Shown here: positions 1 through 16,532 of the stretch, piece after piece
Layout: the number at the start of each line of letters is the position of its first letter
Numbering within the stretch: position 1 is the first letter of the stretch
DNA from: the human T2T-CHM13v2.0 reference genome, Homo sapiens
Assembly: GCF_009914755.1 (NCBI RefSeq)
Contig: NC_060938.1
Length of the DNA: 64,000 nt
Direction: 5' to 3' (one strand)
Made by a program: the position numbers and the translations under genes
The notes under the pieces: model-generated
The model's database searches: none
The model's input: only the letters and a program-made list of their open reading frames with translations
Told to the model about the DNA's origin: nothing

Positions 1-1557
1 CTAGAGTATATTTTACAAAGGGTGCAGCTTTGATGGAACTGGAGAGTTTGGTCACCAGGTTATTTGATTGTAGGAAAAGTCCATATTCTGCTCCAGGACT
101 TAGAGACTAAGGTCAGTAAATGGGGAGATAAGTGATTAACAAATGTGATATTCTTGCCTGGTGGTAAAAATAAAAAAAATTTAAAAAAACCCAAATGTGA
201 TAAAATGGGCATTCTGTGTTAAATCAAAGCTGCATGGGTTTTAAAATCAGGTTTATGTAATAATATTTTGGAATTCTTTCCAATTATAGTGAGACCAGAG
301 TGTTCATGGAAAGTCACCATCCACAGACATTGGAAAAATAGTCATTCCCAATTTCTGCTATGTGATCCCGGTATGGCCTTGCTGATTTGTTTGCTTTCTA
401 ATTCCTTGGTTTAAGTAGAAAGGAGGATCCTCTTTACAGTGTTACTGTGCAGAGTAGTAATTGTCAACCTCGATCTTGTAAAAAGCAAGAATCTTTCTGA
501 GGATGTTGCAAACTCTCAAGAGGTTTGAATCTAGCCTGGTATGCCCCTCCCACCGAGCACATGACATCAGGAGAACCAGTTGTGAAATTAAACAATGATA
601 GGGTGATGCAACTTCAAAGAAGTTGGAAATTTTTGATATAATACGGTTATAAAGCTACAGGTTATAAGAATAAGTGACTTGAATTTATGGTGAGTCATAT
701 GACAATCTCAGCACTTCACTTGGTGGCTGTTTCCAAAGGAGGGAGAAGGAAAAGACAGAGAAGAGATGAGGGGCAGAGGGAGAGCTGCCTCAGTTGTGAC
801 AGTTCTACCAGACCATAAATTAAGCTATTATTAGTATCAGCTGTTACTTATTATTTAACTCAGTAGTGCTGCACTGTAATTCTACAACTCTTAACTTGGC
901 AAACATGTTGTAATGGAGCCAGCTGTATGAAAGAGTCTATATAAAATTAACTTTACTATTCTTGTTATTATAGTTTAGGAGTCACCCTACCAAGTGGGTA
1001 TGATGATGAAGGTGAGCTGCTAAGAAAGAGGTTGAGAGACAGCTGATGTTTGTTTCAAGCAAATCTTCTTTAACCCGAGGCACCAGGAGCAGAGGGCCAG
1101 TGGGTAAAAAGGTTAAGTAGGATGGAATCTACAATAAAGCCAAATGTGTGGGTTCTATTGCTGATCTTGTCGTTATTTTGGATTTTTGGAGTGGAGATGA
1201 AATGAAAATGTTTGTTTTGTATCTACCTGCCCAGGATGTAAGTAAGAGGGAAGAACAAGACTCTAGGAGAGAAATAGAGGCTCCCCTAAAAAAACACCTT
1301 AAGTAAATGTCAGGTGATGTCACCCATAAAGTCTTCCAGCCATAATAATTTCACCTGAAAGCTATTTATTTTGGAAACAGACAGAAAGCCCTGTCTGTTC
1401 CACTTTAAAGTTTCACATTAATACTCCCTCATTTTCCGATGTTAGAATACTTCCAGGACTATAGGTGAAATAAGTCTACTAGAAGATTAGCCAAACATCT
1501 GTTTGTCTACATAGTGACCCTTACAGCATCAAAATTTTCTTTGACTCTTCCATGTAA

Positions 1558-1936
<379 letters not shown>

Positions 1937-2021
1937 TAAACAAATAAAAATAACATGCAGAAACACAAGAAAGCAGCATCATATAAGCAAGGTTCAAACA
2001 TTCAATAAATATCTAGTGAGT

Positions 2022-2425
<404 letters not shown>

Positions 2426-2472
2426 TCAAGAAAAGGGGGCCTGATTATTTTGAGTCTGTTTTTTGTAAGTGA

Positions 2473-3200
2473 GTGTCTTACTCCGTTTGTGCTGCTATAA
2501 CAGGATACCATGGACTGAGTAATGTATAAACAATCGAAATTTATTTCTCATAGTTGTAGGGGCTGGGAAGTCCAAGATCAAGGTTCTGGCATTTGATACC
2601 TGGTGAGGGCCATCTTGCTGGGCATCCTCACATGGCAGGAGGGGCGAACACTGGGTCCTCACCTGGAAGAAGGCAAAAGGGCAAAAAGGGCCTTAGCTAG
2701 TTCCCTAGCCCTTTTATAAGGCACTAATCTATTCAGGAGGGCTCTGCCCTCGTGACTGAATCACTTCCCCAAAGGCCCCACCTCTTAATACCAGCACAAT
2801 AGGGATTAAGTTTTAACAGGAATTTTGGAGGAGACACATTGTAGTAGTCCATTTTTGCGCTGCAGATAAAGACATACACGAGACTGGGAAGAAAAATAGG
2901 TTTAATTGGACTTACATTTCCACATGGCTGGGGAGGCCTCAGAATCATGGTAGGAGGTGAAAGGCACTTCTTACATGGCAGTGGCAAGAGAAAAATGAGG
3001 AAGGAGCAAAAGCAGAAACCCATCAGATCTCATGAGACTTATTCACTATTACTAGAATAGCATGGGAAAGACAAGCCCCCATGATTCAATTACCTCCCCC
3101 CGGGTCCCTCCCACAACACATGGGAATTCTGGGAGATACAATTCAAGTTGAGATTTGGGTGGGGACACAGCCAAACTGTATCACACATTAAAACCATAGG
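2473..3200 (-). mobile_element. Older MaLR LTR (MLT1A/MSTD-like) interrupted by a THE1 LTR
   Basis: gctgctataaca...atttatttctcatagtt...ggctgggaagtccaagatcaagg; terminus resumes after 3188. Confidence 0.75.
2840..3183 (-). mobile_element. THE1 (THE1D-like) solo LTR
   Basis: TG...CA ends, THE1 motifs, 5-bp TSD CACAT at 2835-2839 and 3184-3188. Confidence 0.9.
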
Positions 3201-5018
3201 AGAAGGTTAGACAAAAATAATAAATGGATAGGGATAGAATAATGTAGTATTTTAGAGGCATGGTTCAGCAGCCTGTGGCAAGGGGTCCAACAGCAGCTTT
3301 GGAAACAATTTCTAGTGGTTCAATATTCACGCTGTGGAGAGCCAAGTAGGGATGCTACCCTGATTTTATCCCAACCTCTCCCAGCCTTCTGCAACCTCAT
3401 CCCCAACTTTACTCCCACTTGAAGGGTCATCCCTCTGGGGTCCTCCAAGGCTCTTTCAGGCAGGCTGGTCATGTTTCTTGCCTTTTCTTGCAGCTACCCC
3501 CAATCTCAACTTGGTTCACTTGGATGTCAATGAAGGAAATCCTTGGCAGCTACTTCTGAATGTATTGATCCCAATTTTGGAAAGTGTTTCGCAGAGAAAG
3601 GGACAGTCAATGTCACAAGTTTCCCATTTAGAGGTTCCCATTTACCATCTGGAAAATTAGAAGTCTTCTAGCTTGCTGGTCTGGTTGCCTGTACCACATG
3701 GCAAAGATAATAATAGGAGGGTCAGGCAGTGCAGGATGGCTCAACCTCAGCTGCCATCCACTGAGCCTCCACAATTGCCTAGGCATTGTAGAAAGAGGTG
3801 GCACAGTCCTAGCCCTTGATAGATTTGGAATCTAAAGTTATATTTTTTTACATTTGAAAGAAGAACTTAAAAATATGCAGGTTAAATCCACTTCCTAAAT
3901 ATTTATTGATTGCCGTTAACTTGGACCATTTAACACTATCTTTTTGAAGCCCCATCTCCCTTTGCTCTCACTAATGGAGTGTTCTCAATAATAGGCTTTT
4001 TCTCTTTCTTAAATGATCTTCTACAGCTCTTTCCTTTAAACTAAACTAAAGGAATATTATCATAACTGAAATGTTTTCCTATTCAGCTAGAAATGAGCAT
4101 TTAACTTAAAACAAATTGCAGGCCAGGCTTTAAAGGGCCATTAATTAGTAATGGTACCAGAGGAGCAAGGTGACTAGATGGCTGAAAGTGGACAAAGTGG
4201 TCCTAATTTTTGCTTCTTATTCCATCTGACAACATTTGTCCTTGAAAAGCACATTTAATTACTGAATGAGGTAATGTGGTAAAATTTCAGTATGGTGCCT
4301 GGCACATGGAAAGCGTCAGTAACTATTCCGGGCCTCTTGACCCTTTGCCTTCTACCTTCTTTGCTCTCAGCAGTCATTCATACCTTCCATCTCATAATGA
4401 AAATAATGGCTTGAGCTCACTCAACTTTCCTCAACTTAAAGCTTATCTTTTTGGTATTCCTTTCCCAGGCTGACTACTACACTGATAATTTTGATGCCAC
4501 CCACCCCAGGCTGCTCCAGGGCCATGTTCTTCCAATAACTTCTTCTCTACTGTGTATCTTCGTTCTCTCTTCTTTATCTCCTTACCCATAGTCAACTCAT
4601 ATGCTCTAAATTAAAATCCAGCAACACTTTCTCTCCACCTTTTTAATTGTAAGTTACTGGCTGTTTTCTCCTACCTATTGCACGAAACTTCTTGAAAGAG
4701 TAGTCTACACTCTCTCCCTCCAGGTCCTCATCTAAAATCTACCCCTTGCCTATTGCAACTTGGCTTCTGCAAGTACTAAAACTGTGTTCCCAGAGATCTG
4801 TAATGACCTTCTATTTACCAAAGCTAGAGGCTTCTTCCCATTCTTCTTTCACCTCTCCGTGGCATGTGATGTGCTTGTCCACTCCTTTGATGAAATTCTC
4901 TTTGCTGCTTTTATCTGCTGTTCTTTAGCATCTGTGCTCTTTATCACCTCTCTGTCAGTACCTTAAATGTTTGTGTTCTCAAATGTCCACCCTTAGCTGC
5001 TTCTGTTTTGCTCTGGAT

Positions 5019-5530
5019 TAGTGCTTCTCAATCTGGATGCCTCTAAGAATTATCTAGGGAGCTCTTTGAAAACCCAGATGAAATCCCATTAAATTTGGGT
5101 AAATATCTACTGATTTTTCTTTATTTTTGAGACAGAGTCTCGCTCTATCACCCAGGCTGGAGTGCAGTGGCGTGATCTCGGCTCACTGAAACCTTCGCCT
5201 CCCGAGTTCAAGTGATTCTCATGCCTCAGCCTCCGAGTAGCTGGGACTATAGGCACACACCACCAGGCCTCGCTAATTTTTTAAAATGTTTTTAGTAAAG
5301 TTGGGATTTCACCACCTTGGCCAGGCTGGTCTTGAACTCCTGACCTTGGGTGATCTGCCCGCCTGGACCTCCCAAAGTGCTGGGATTACAGGAGTGAGTC
5401 ACCGTGCTCGGCCAGTTACATCTGATTTCTAGCTTCACCCAGAAATTCTGTTTAATTGATCTGGGGTTGGGCCCTGACATCTCTTTTTTATAACACTTCT
5501 CAGTGCAGCTAGGAATGAGAACCACAGCTC
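5019..5530. mobile_element. MER5-type hAT MITE split by an Alu
   Basis: agtgcttctcaa start; cccagaaattctg...tgagaaccac end. Confidence 0.6.
5113..5413 (-). mobile_element. AluS
   Basis: Full dimer. Confidence 0.93.
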
Positions 5531-6019
5531 TAGAATAGCTGCTTTTGTCCTTAGTTCTTGCCTCATTCCTGATACATAGACTCTATTGTCTAGCTCTTTG
5601 CTGAGCATCTCAGTCTAAATGCTCTGTAGTATCTCACTTTCTATGTGGTCCAGATCAAATTCATTATGCCCCAAATCTTTTTTTTTTGCCCCAATTCTAA
5701 GAACTTCTTCTGTGTTATAGGGTCACCATTTTCTCATGCTGCCAAGCTGGAGACCTGGAAGTCATCTTTAAAAATCCCTTCTGCTTTGCCCTTTCTCTTA
5801 CTTAGTTGCCATATCCTATAGATTTTACTGCAGACCCTTTTGAAATCCATTCTCCCTACCACCAACCAACGCCCCATTTTAGAATCTTATTGCAATCACT
5901 TCTTACCTGGCCTCCCTGCCTTCAGGCTCTTTCCTATTCATTCCATCTTTCACATGCTAGTAGAGAGATCTTTCTGGAACACAGTTCTGTTGATACGTAC
6001 TCAATAACCACCATTGGAT

Positions 6020-6342
6020 TCTTTTTTCTTTTTCTTTTCTTTTTTTTTTTTTTTTTTTTTTTTTTGAAACAAAGTCTTGCTCTGTTGCCCAGGCTGGAGT
6101 GCAGTGGCATGATCTTGGCTCACCGCAATCGCCGCCTCCGAGGTTCAAGCGATTCTCCTGCCTCAGCCTCTCACGTGGCTGGAACTACAGGCATGTGCCA
6201 CCACACTCAGCTAATTTTTATATTTTTAGTAGAGACGGGGTTTCACCATGTTGGCCAGGCTGGTGAACTCCTGACCTTGTGATCCGCCTGCCTTGGCCTC
6301 CCAAAGTGCTGGGATTACAGGCGTGAGCCACTGTGCCTGGCC
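6020..6342 (-). mobile_element. AluS (Sg-like)
   Basis: Full dimer; flanking repeat ccattggatt. Confidence 0.93.
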
Positions 6343-6519
6343 CCATTGGATTTCTTTTACCCAAGAATAAAATACAGATTCCATAGTAAGGCCCTCATTA
6401 TCTGGCCCCAATTCTCTAAAACCATTCCTAGATTCCCATCTCCATGATGTTACCTAAATTGCAGTTGTGTTTCCCCAATCATGAGTTCCTTCTTGTCTTT
6501 GCGTATACTATTCTCTTTG

Positions 6520-7000
6520 ATTAGGACTGGTTTCAACTCAGATGGTTCAAATGAAGGGATAATTTACAGAGATACAGTCAGGGTAAAGGGAAATCACAAG
6601 AGTGGTTGAGATAACCAAAGACTAGCAAAGTGGGAACCTCTTATCTTCCCTAGGCCCAAAGGTCCCATGGGATGAAACACTGCCATCATAGCTCAGTGCA
6701 AGTTGGAGCCATGGGAAAGGGGCCATCAGTAGGAAATGCAGGCAGAGAGGGTGGCAGCCACTGCAAGAATCACAGTGTGGAAGCAGAATGGGCACAGTGA
6801 AGAAATATCCCAACTTCTCTGTCCTCCTGCCCTCTGATCTCCAGCCAGTGTCTTTCACTGGCCAAACTCAACCAGAAGCCAATGAACCACCAAGGATAGT
6901 CAGTTAAGGCAGGATACTAGTTAGGAAGCAGGGCAGTGAGAGGTGGGGAATAGATGGTGGTGCAATTAATGGTGGAGAAATTAAATGGATAATAACTACA
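6520..7000 (-). mobile_element. Ancient ERVL-type LTR (LTR33-like)
   Basis: ctggccaaactcaaccagaagcca and ctctgatctcc motifs; diverged. Confidence 0.45.
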
Positions 7001-7034
7001 AAATTCTCTTCTTAAAATTAAAGGAAATTTATTA

Positions 7035-7186
<152 letters not shown>

Positions 7187-7664
7187 AAATTCTTTTGTAT
7201 ATAGTAAAATTCTTTTTCTCTTCTAGGACACAGTTCAAATGTCACCTTTTATGTAAAGTCTTCCACCATTTTTGTCACCCCAAGATCCAGTTATTTCAAT
7301 TCTCTATGTTACTTTAGCTGTTGTAATGCCTTCATTATTGAAGCTATCAGTCAGATTTATGATACAATTATTTATGAGATCTGCATCCATCTCTTGTATA
7401 ATATTTTGTGATTTTGAATGAAAGGGATAGTGCTTCATTTGGTTCAGTGTCTTGCAGGTAACAGGCACTCAACTGTTGGGTGCATTTAAATGCATTTTCA
7501 TGTTATCACCTTCTCAGCCTCTGTCGGGAAGATTTGTATATACTTGTAAACCATTGTCCTCACATTTTAAAATATTTCTAATTTTCATATGAGTTTGTTT
7601 CTTGGTTCTAATTCCACTTCTTGCTGGACTTTTCCCTTCTCTTTACCTACATTTCTTAGGTTAG

Positions 7665-7971
<307 letters not shown>

Positions 7972-8445
7972 TTAGGTTAGATTCTTAACTGTAGCTCCTT
8001 AACAGTTTGTTGGGAATAAGCCCTCACTGATCCTGGCAAGGGTCTAAAAATCACTAGCTTTTTCCATATCCGAAGTGTTGCATATAAAAAAACTTTTCTT
8101 TAATTTTTGTATGCACTATGCTTAAAAATGAAGTCACAGAAACCAATTTTTATTCTCCCTTAAACTCTGAACTCTTCTGAATAGAAGTTATGCTTGGCTT
8201 AACATGTTTTGCATATAGAAAAGGCTGTGAGATGCTCCTATTCTTTATAAATACCAACACCAAATGCAGACAACATATTTTTACTATGCAAACACTATTG
8301 TACATTAATGGTTTTGACTCACATTTGATTGTGGCTTTTAGATTTTTTATATGAAAATGGCTGTTTTCAGGCCCAATGAAAATATTATTTTTACATTTGT
8401 CATATTGAAAATGATAAAATAATGGCAGAAGTTATAATTGTCTTA

Positions 8446-10670
<2,225 letters not shown>

Positions 10671-11250
10671 TTTTTAAATAGGGGATGAGGAGGTATGTTT
10701 AACCAATTTTGTGTCAGAAAAAGAAGCCAGAGTATGATCATGGCCCAGTTATTTATCTTCTTCTTAGCCTTACTGTCTTATTTATAAGATGAAGAGGTTG
10801 GTCTATATATTATAAAGTTCTTCTCTGCCTCTTAAATTCTGTGATTTTATAAGTAAGCACAGGAGTATCTTTATAGAGAAACTGTTGTATCTTCCCAAAG
10901 TGATAAAGTTTCAGCAGTATGGAACTCCCATTTTGCCATAGTCGAGCAAATTTAGGAGGGAAGATTTGTGTTTTAATAGATAAAGAAGGAGTCTTTAGTT
11001 AAAAACTTGAAATGGACAATACCAATCCTACAGTACACACATGAAAAATGACCAAATAATCTGAAGATGAGGAAATATATAGGAATATTCTTTGTTGCAT
11101 TATTGGGCCTAAGCAAACTGTATTAGATATGTAGTAAGTGTTCAGTGCATATCTGTTGACTATCTTAGTGGCACATGGATCCATTTACCTAATAAGGAAA
11201 ACTAATTGAAAAAGCTTCCACTATAGCAAAAGTAAAAATTTATCAATATC

Positions 11251-11712
<462 letters not shown>

Positions 11713-11787
11713 TTATATATATAAATGAATATGTTAAAATATAAATGTATATATGCATATATAAATGAATACATACATATTTATATA

Positions 11788-12525
11788 TTTGAGACAGGGG
11801 CTTACTCTGTCACCTAGGCTGGAGTGCAGTGGCATGATCCTAGCTCACTGTAGCCTTGGACTTAAGTGATCCTCCTGCCTTGGTCTCCCAAAGTGCTGGG
11901 ATTACAGGTGCAAGCCACTGTACCTGACATACTATATATATACATATATATATAAAAAAATTATTTTTTATTTTTATTTTTTATTTTCTTTTTGAGACAA
12001 GGTCTCATTCTGTCACCCAGGCTGAAGTGCAGTGGTGTGTGTGATCGTGGCTTCCTGCAGCCTAAACTTCCCTGGGCTCAAGCGATCCTCCCACCTCAGC
12101 CTCCCAAGTAGCTGGGACCACAAGAGTGTGCCACCACACCCTGATATTTTTTTTTTTTTGAGTCAGAGTCTCACTCAGTTGCCCAGGCTGGAGTGCCTCA
12201 GCCTCCCAAGTAGCTGGGATTACAGGCACTTGCCAACAAGCCCGGCTAATTTTTCGTATTTTTAGTAGAGATGGGGTTTCACCATATTGGCCAGGCTGGT
12301 CTTGAACCCCTGACCTCAACTGATCCACCTACCTCAGCCTCCCAAAGTGCTAGGATGACAGGCTTGAGCCACTGTGCCCAGCCCTGGCTAATTTTTATAT
12401 TTTTAGTAGAGGTGGGGTTTTTGCCTTATTGCCTAGGCTTGTCTCGAAATCCTGAGCTCATGTGATCTGCCCACCTCAGCCTTCCAAAGTGCCGGGATTA
12501 CAGGTGTGAGCTACCATGCCCAGCC
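11788..12525 (-). mobile_element. FLAM-like monomer (11788-11927), TA spacer, AluJ (11960-12525) with an internally deleted Alu nested in its linker (12145-12385)
   Basis: Alu motifs and order of arms. Confidence 0.85.
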
Positions 12526-12670
12526 ATGGCATACTGTATACAGTTTTGTTCTCTTTAATTTATATAATAATTTTATAATAAAAAAGATTTAAAAAGGAAA
12601 AAGAAACATGCATAATAGTATATACATACTATATATAAAAATATGTTTAAAGGCAATATATAAGTACAAT

Positions 12671-13109
12671 TGGGAGGCTGAGGTGGGCGGATCATGAGGT
12701 CAGGAGATCGAGACCATCCTGGCCAACATGGTGAAACCCCGTCTCTACTAAAAATACAAAAATTAGCTGGGCCTGTTGGTACACGCTTGTAATCCCAGCT
12801 ACTTGGGAGGCTGAGGTGGGAGGATCGCTTGAGCCCAGGGAGGTTTAGGCTGCAGGAAGCCACGATCACACACACCACTGCACTTCAGCCTGGGTGACAG
12901 AATGAGACCCTGTCTCAAAAAGAAAATAAAAAATAAAAATAAAAAATAATATTTATATATATATGTATATATACAGTATGTCAGGTACAGTGGCTTGCAC
13001 TTGTAATGGCTTGAACCCGGGTGGTGGAGGTTGCATTGAGCTGAGATTGTGCCACTGCACTCCAGCCTGGCGACAAAGCGAGACTTCGTCTCAAAAAAAA
13101 AAAAAAAAA
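12671..13109 (+). mobile_element. 5'-truncated AluSc-like element carrying an inverted templated insertion
   Basis: gagatcgagaccatcctggcc and cctggcgac diagnostics; see findings. Confidence 0.9.
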
Positions 13110-13496
13110 TACATGCTTGTAAGTAAGATAATACATCTAGAAGGATAAACAAATTGGTGACACTGGTGCTTCAGGGAAGGGGGACTAGGGGATAGTGTAG
13201 AAGAGAGGTTCACTTTTCCTTTTATGCCTTTTTACATAACTTTTGAATTTTTTATCATGTGCATGTTGTCTAGTTTTCAAAAAATGCAGCTACTAGATAT
13301 ACATAAATTGACTTTTTTCAATGAAGTAATTCAGGTTTTCTAAAAGGGTTATTATATTACTACATATCAGTTTGAGGAAATTTCCACATCTCTAGACTAG
13401 ATGATGTATTTAAAGGAGGCAAACCACACCCACTTTTACTACTATCACCCCAGGAAAGTACAGGACACCACCAAGTCTACGATTAATTTCCTATTC

Positions 13497-13797
13497 TTTT
13501 TTTTTTTTTTTTTGAGATGGAGTCTCGCTATGTCGCCCTGGCTGGAGTGCAGTGGCGCCATCTCGGCTCACAGCAACCTCCGCCTTCTGGGTTCAAACGA
13601 TTCTCCTGCCTCAGCCTCTTGAGTAGCTGGGACTACAGGCACACGCCACATTAGCACCTGGCTAATTTTTTGTATTTTTAGTAGAGACAGGGTTTCACCG
13701 TGTTAGCCAGGATGGTCTCGATCTCCTGACCTCTTGATCGGCCTGCCTTGGCCTCCCAAAGTGCTGGGGTTACAGGCATGAGCCACTGCGCCCGGCC
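13497..13797 (-). mobile_element. AluSc/Y-like
   Basis: TSD taatttcctattcttt. Confidence 0.95.
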
Positions 13798-14129
13798 TAA
13801 TTTCCTATTCTTTGTGGAAATAATTATCATGCTAGTGATACCTACTGATACCTACTGGCATCTGGAACATGAGGGAAAGAACAAGACCATTTGTATCCTA
13901 TGGTCCTGTGTACATTTTTATACTATTTAATTAATCTTTATAATCTAACCCCCCATATTTCTGGCTTCCAGAGGGGCTACCAAGAAATCACAGGGTATGA
14001 GAGCTGGACAGTGAGGCTGTGTGATTTACAAGATGTTAACTTTTGGCCAGTTTGCTACTTTCATATTCTACAGATGATGTAGCTGTTTGAAAGAGAATAA
14101 AATTACACCCACCCAGTGGAGATGCTAAC

Positions 14130-15000
<871 letters not shown>

Positions 15001-15597
15001 GCTAACTTTTTTGTTAGAGGGCAGAATTACTCCTCTGGCAAGCTAACTTAAAAGAAGGACTTCTAGACATAACCTGTGTTCCTTTGAGTGTCTGATACCC
15101 CTCAGGTAAAACCCAGCTAAGTATTCCCTGGAAGATATGGAGAAATATTTGGAAACATATGTGCAAGGCCACAATTATAAAATCCGTGGCTCATTATGCA
15201 AGTCAGAAAATTGCTATGCCCAAGGTATTTTCTTTTGACTCTTATCTGCTTTAAAATTTCTGGTGCTGTTGCCGGTTTTGACTTCCTGAAATACCAGTGC
15301 AGCAAGTAGGTAGTCAGTTCATGAAAAATGCCTCCAAGATCCAGCCAGCCAATGAAAGAATACGAAGAATAAGATTCCTGACTTCATGAAGTTTGTTTTG
15401 TCACATGAGAGGCTTATTATTGTGTAGAAATCACTATAATACATGAATAATAGGAGCGAAAACATTACTGTTCAAGGAGAAAAATGTTACTTAAAATGGC
15501 AGTGTTTTTGGTGGATTACGCATTGGCTGGAAGCGTCCTGCTTCTTCCTCTAATCTGAGCAAAAGATTAAGAATTTAACAAAAAGGGGCCCACTGTT

Positions 15598-15780
15598 AGT
15601 GTTGCCAGATTTAGCCAATAAAAATGCAGAACACCCAGTTAAATCTGAGTTTTAGAAAACAACAAATGATTTTTTAGCATAAGTATGTCCCAGGCGATAC
15701 CTGGGGCGTACTGAAAAATGATTCGCTGTTTATTTGAAAGTCAAATTTAATGAGCATCTGTATTTTATCTGGCAATGTTA
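15598..15780. mobile_element. MER53 palindromic MITE
   Basis: gttgccagatttagc...aagtatgtccca...tattttatctggcaa, inverted ends. Confidence 0.85.
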
Positions 15781-16532
15781 GCGGCTACAGACTAGGAGTG
15801 GATGTATTGTTGCTGTCTTTCCTTGCCTTTTGGTTCCTTTGTGATAAGGTGGGTGCTACTGACACCCTCCACACAAGTAGGATGCGACTAGGGGTGAGAA
15901 CACAGCTGAGAGTTCTTGCTATGCTGCAGAGCCAGGGTGGAAGAACAGGTGTAAGTGAACTAACTGAGAAACAACTGTGAGACATGCCTCCATTTTGCCC
16001 CCAGATAACCTAGATGGAGGTTGCTTTATAATATATAAGATGGAAATTTAGCCCTTTAATGCCAATACTAAAGGGAAGGGTGGCCCAAGAAGGCAGAAGG
16101 ACCCAAAGAGATTCTGTGCTGTGGAAATTGTGGAGTAAGTGATTGGTAGAGATTCTGTAGACTAGGAGGATGTGAGATGGGGTGCATCTGCTATGTGGAG
16201 TCAGGCTGAGGGAGCTCTTCGCCTCATGCCAGCTAGATTCCAGAGCTGGAGAACACAGGTATGAGAAGACAAAGATAGTGAGTGGGCTGCATAGGTGGAT
16301 TTTTTTCAATGAATTGTGGAGGATTTTGGAGACCATGTTAAAGATTTGAGTGTTAATCCATGAAGCCACGGAGCCTTTCTCAGGGTTTCTGAGCAGGAAA
16401 TGGCCTTAGCAGAGCTTGCTTTAGAATCTGGCATCTCTTTATAGTGGGATTATAAAGGGGAAATATCAGTGGAGACAGAGTGATCATGTGGGAGGGGGAC
16501 TAGTCAGGGCTACTTCTAGTCCGTGTGGCATC

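Noticed and set aside
3250-3710. Possible decayed coding or Gypsy-like sequence on the - strand (...NTFQNWDQYI...)
   Set aside because: Multiple stops and too little similarity to call without a profile search
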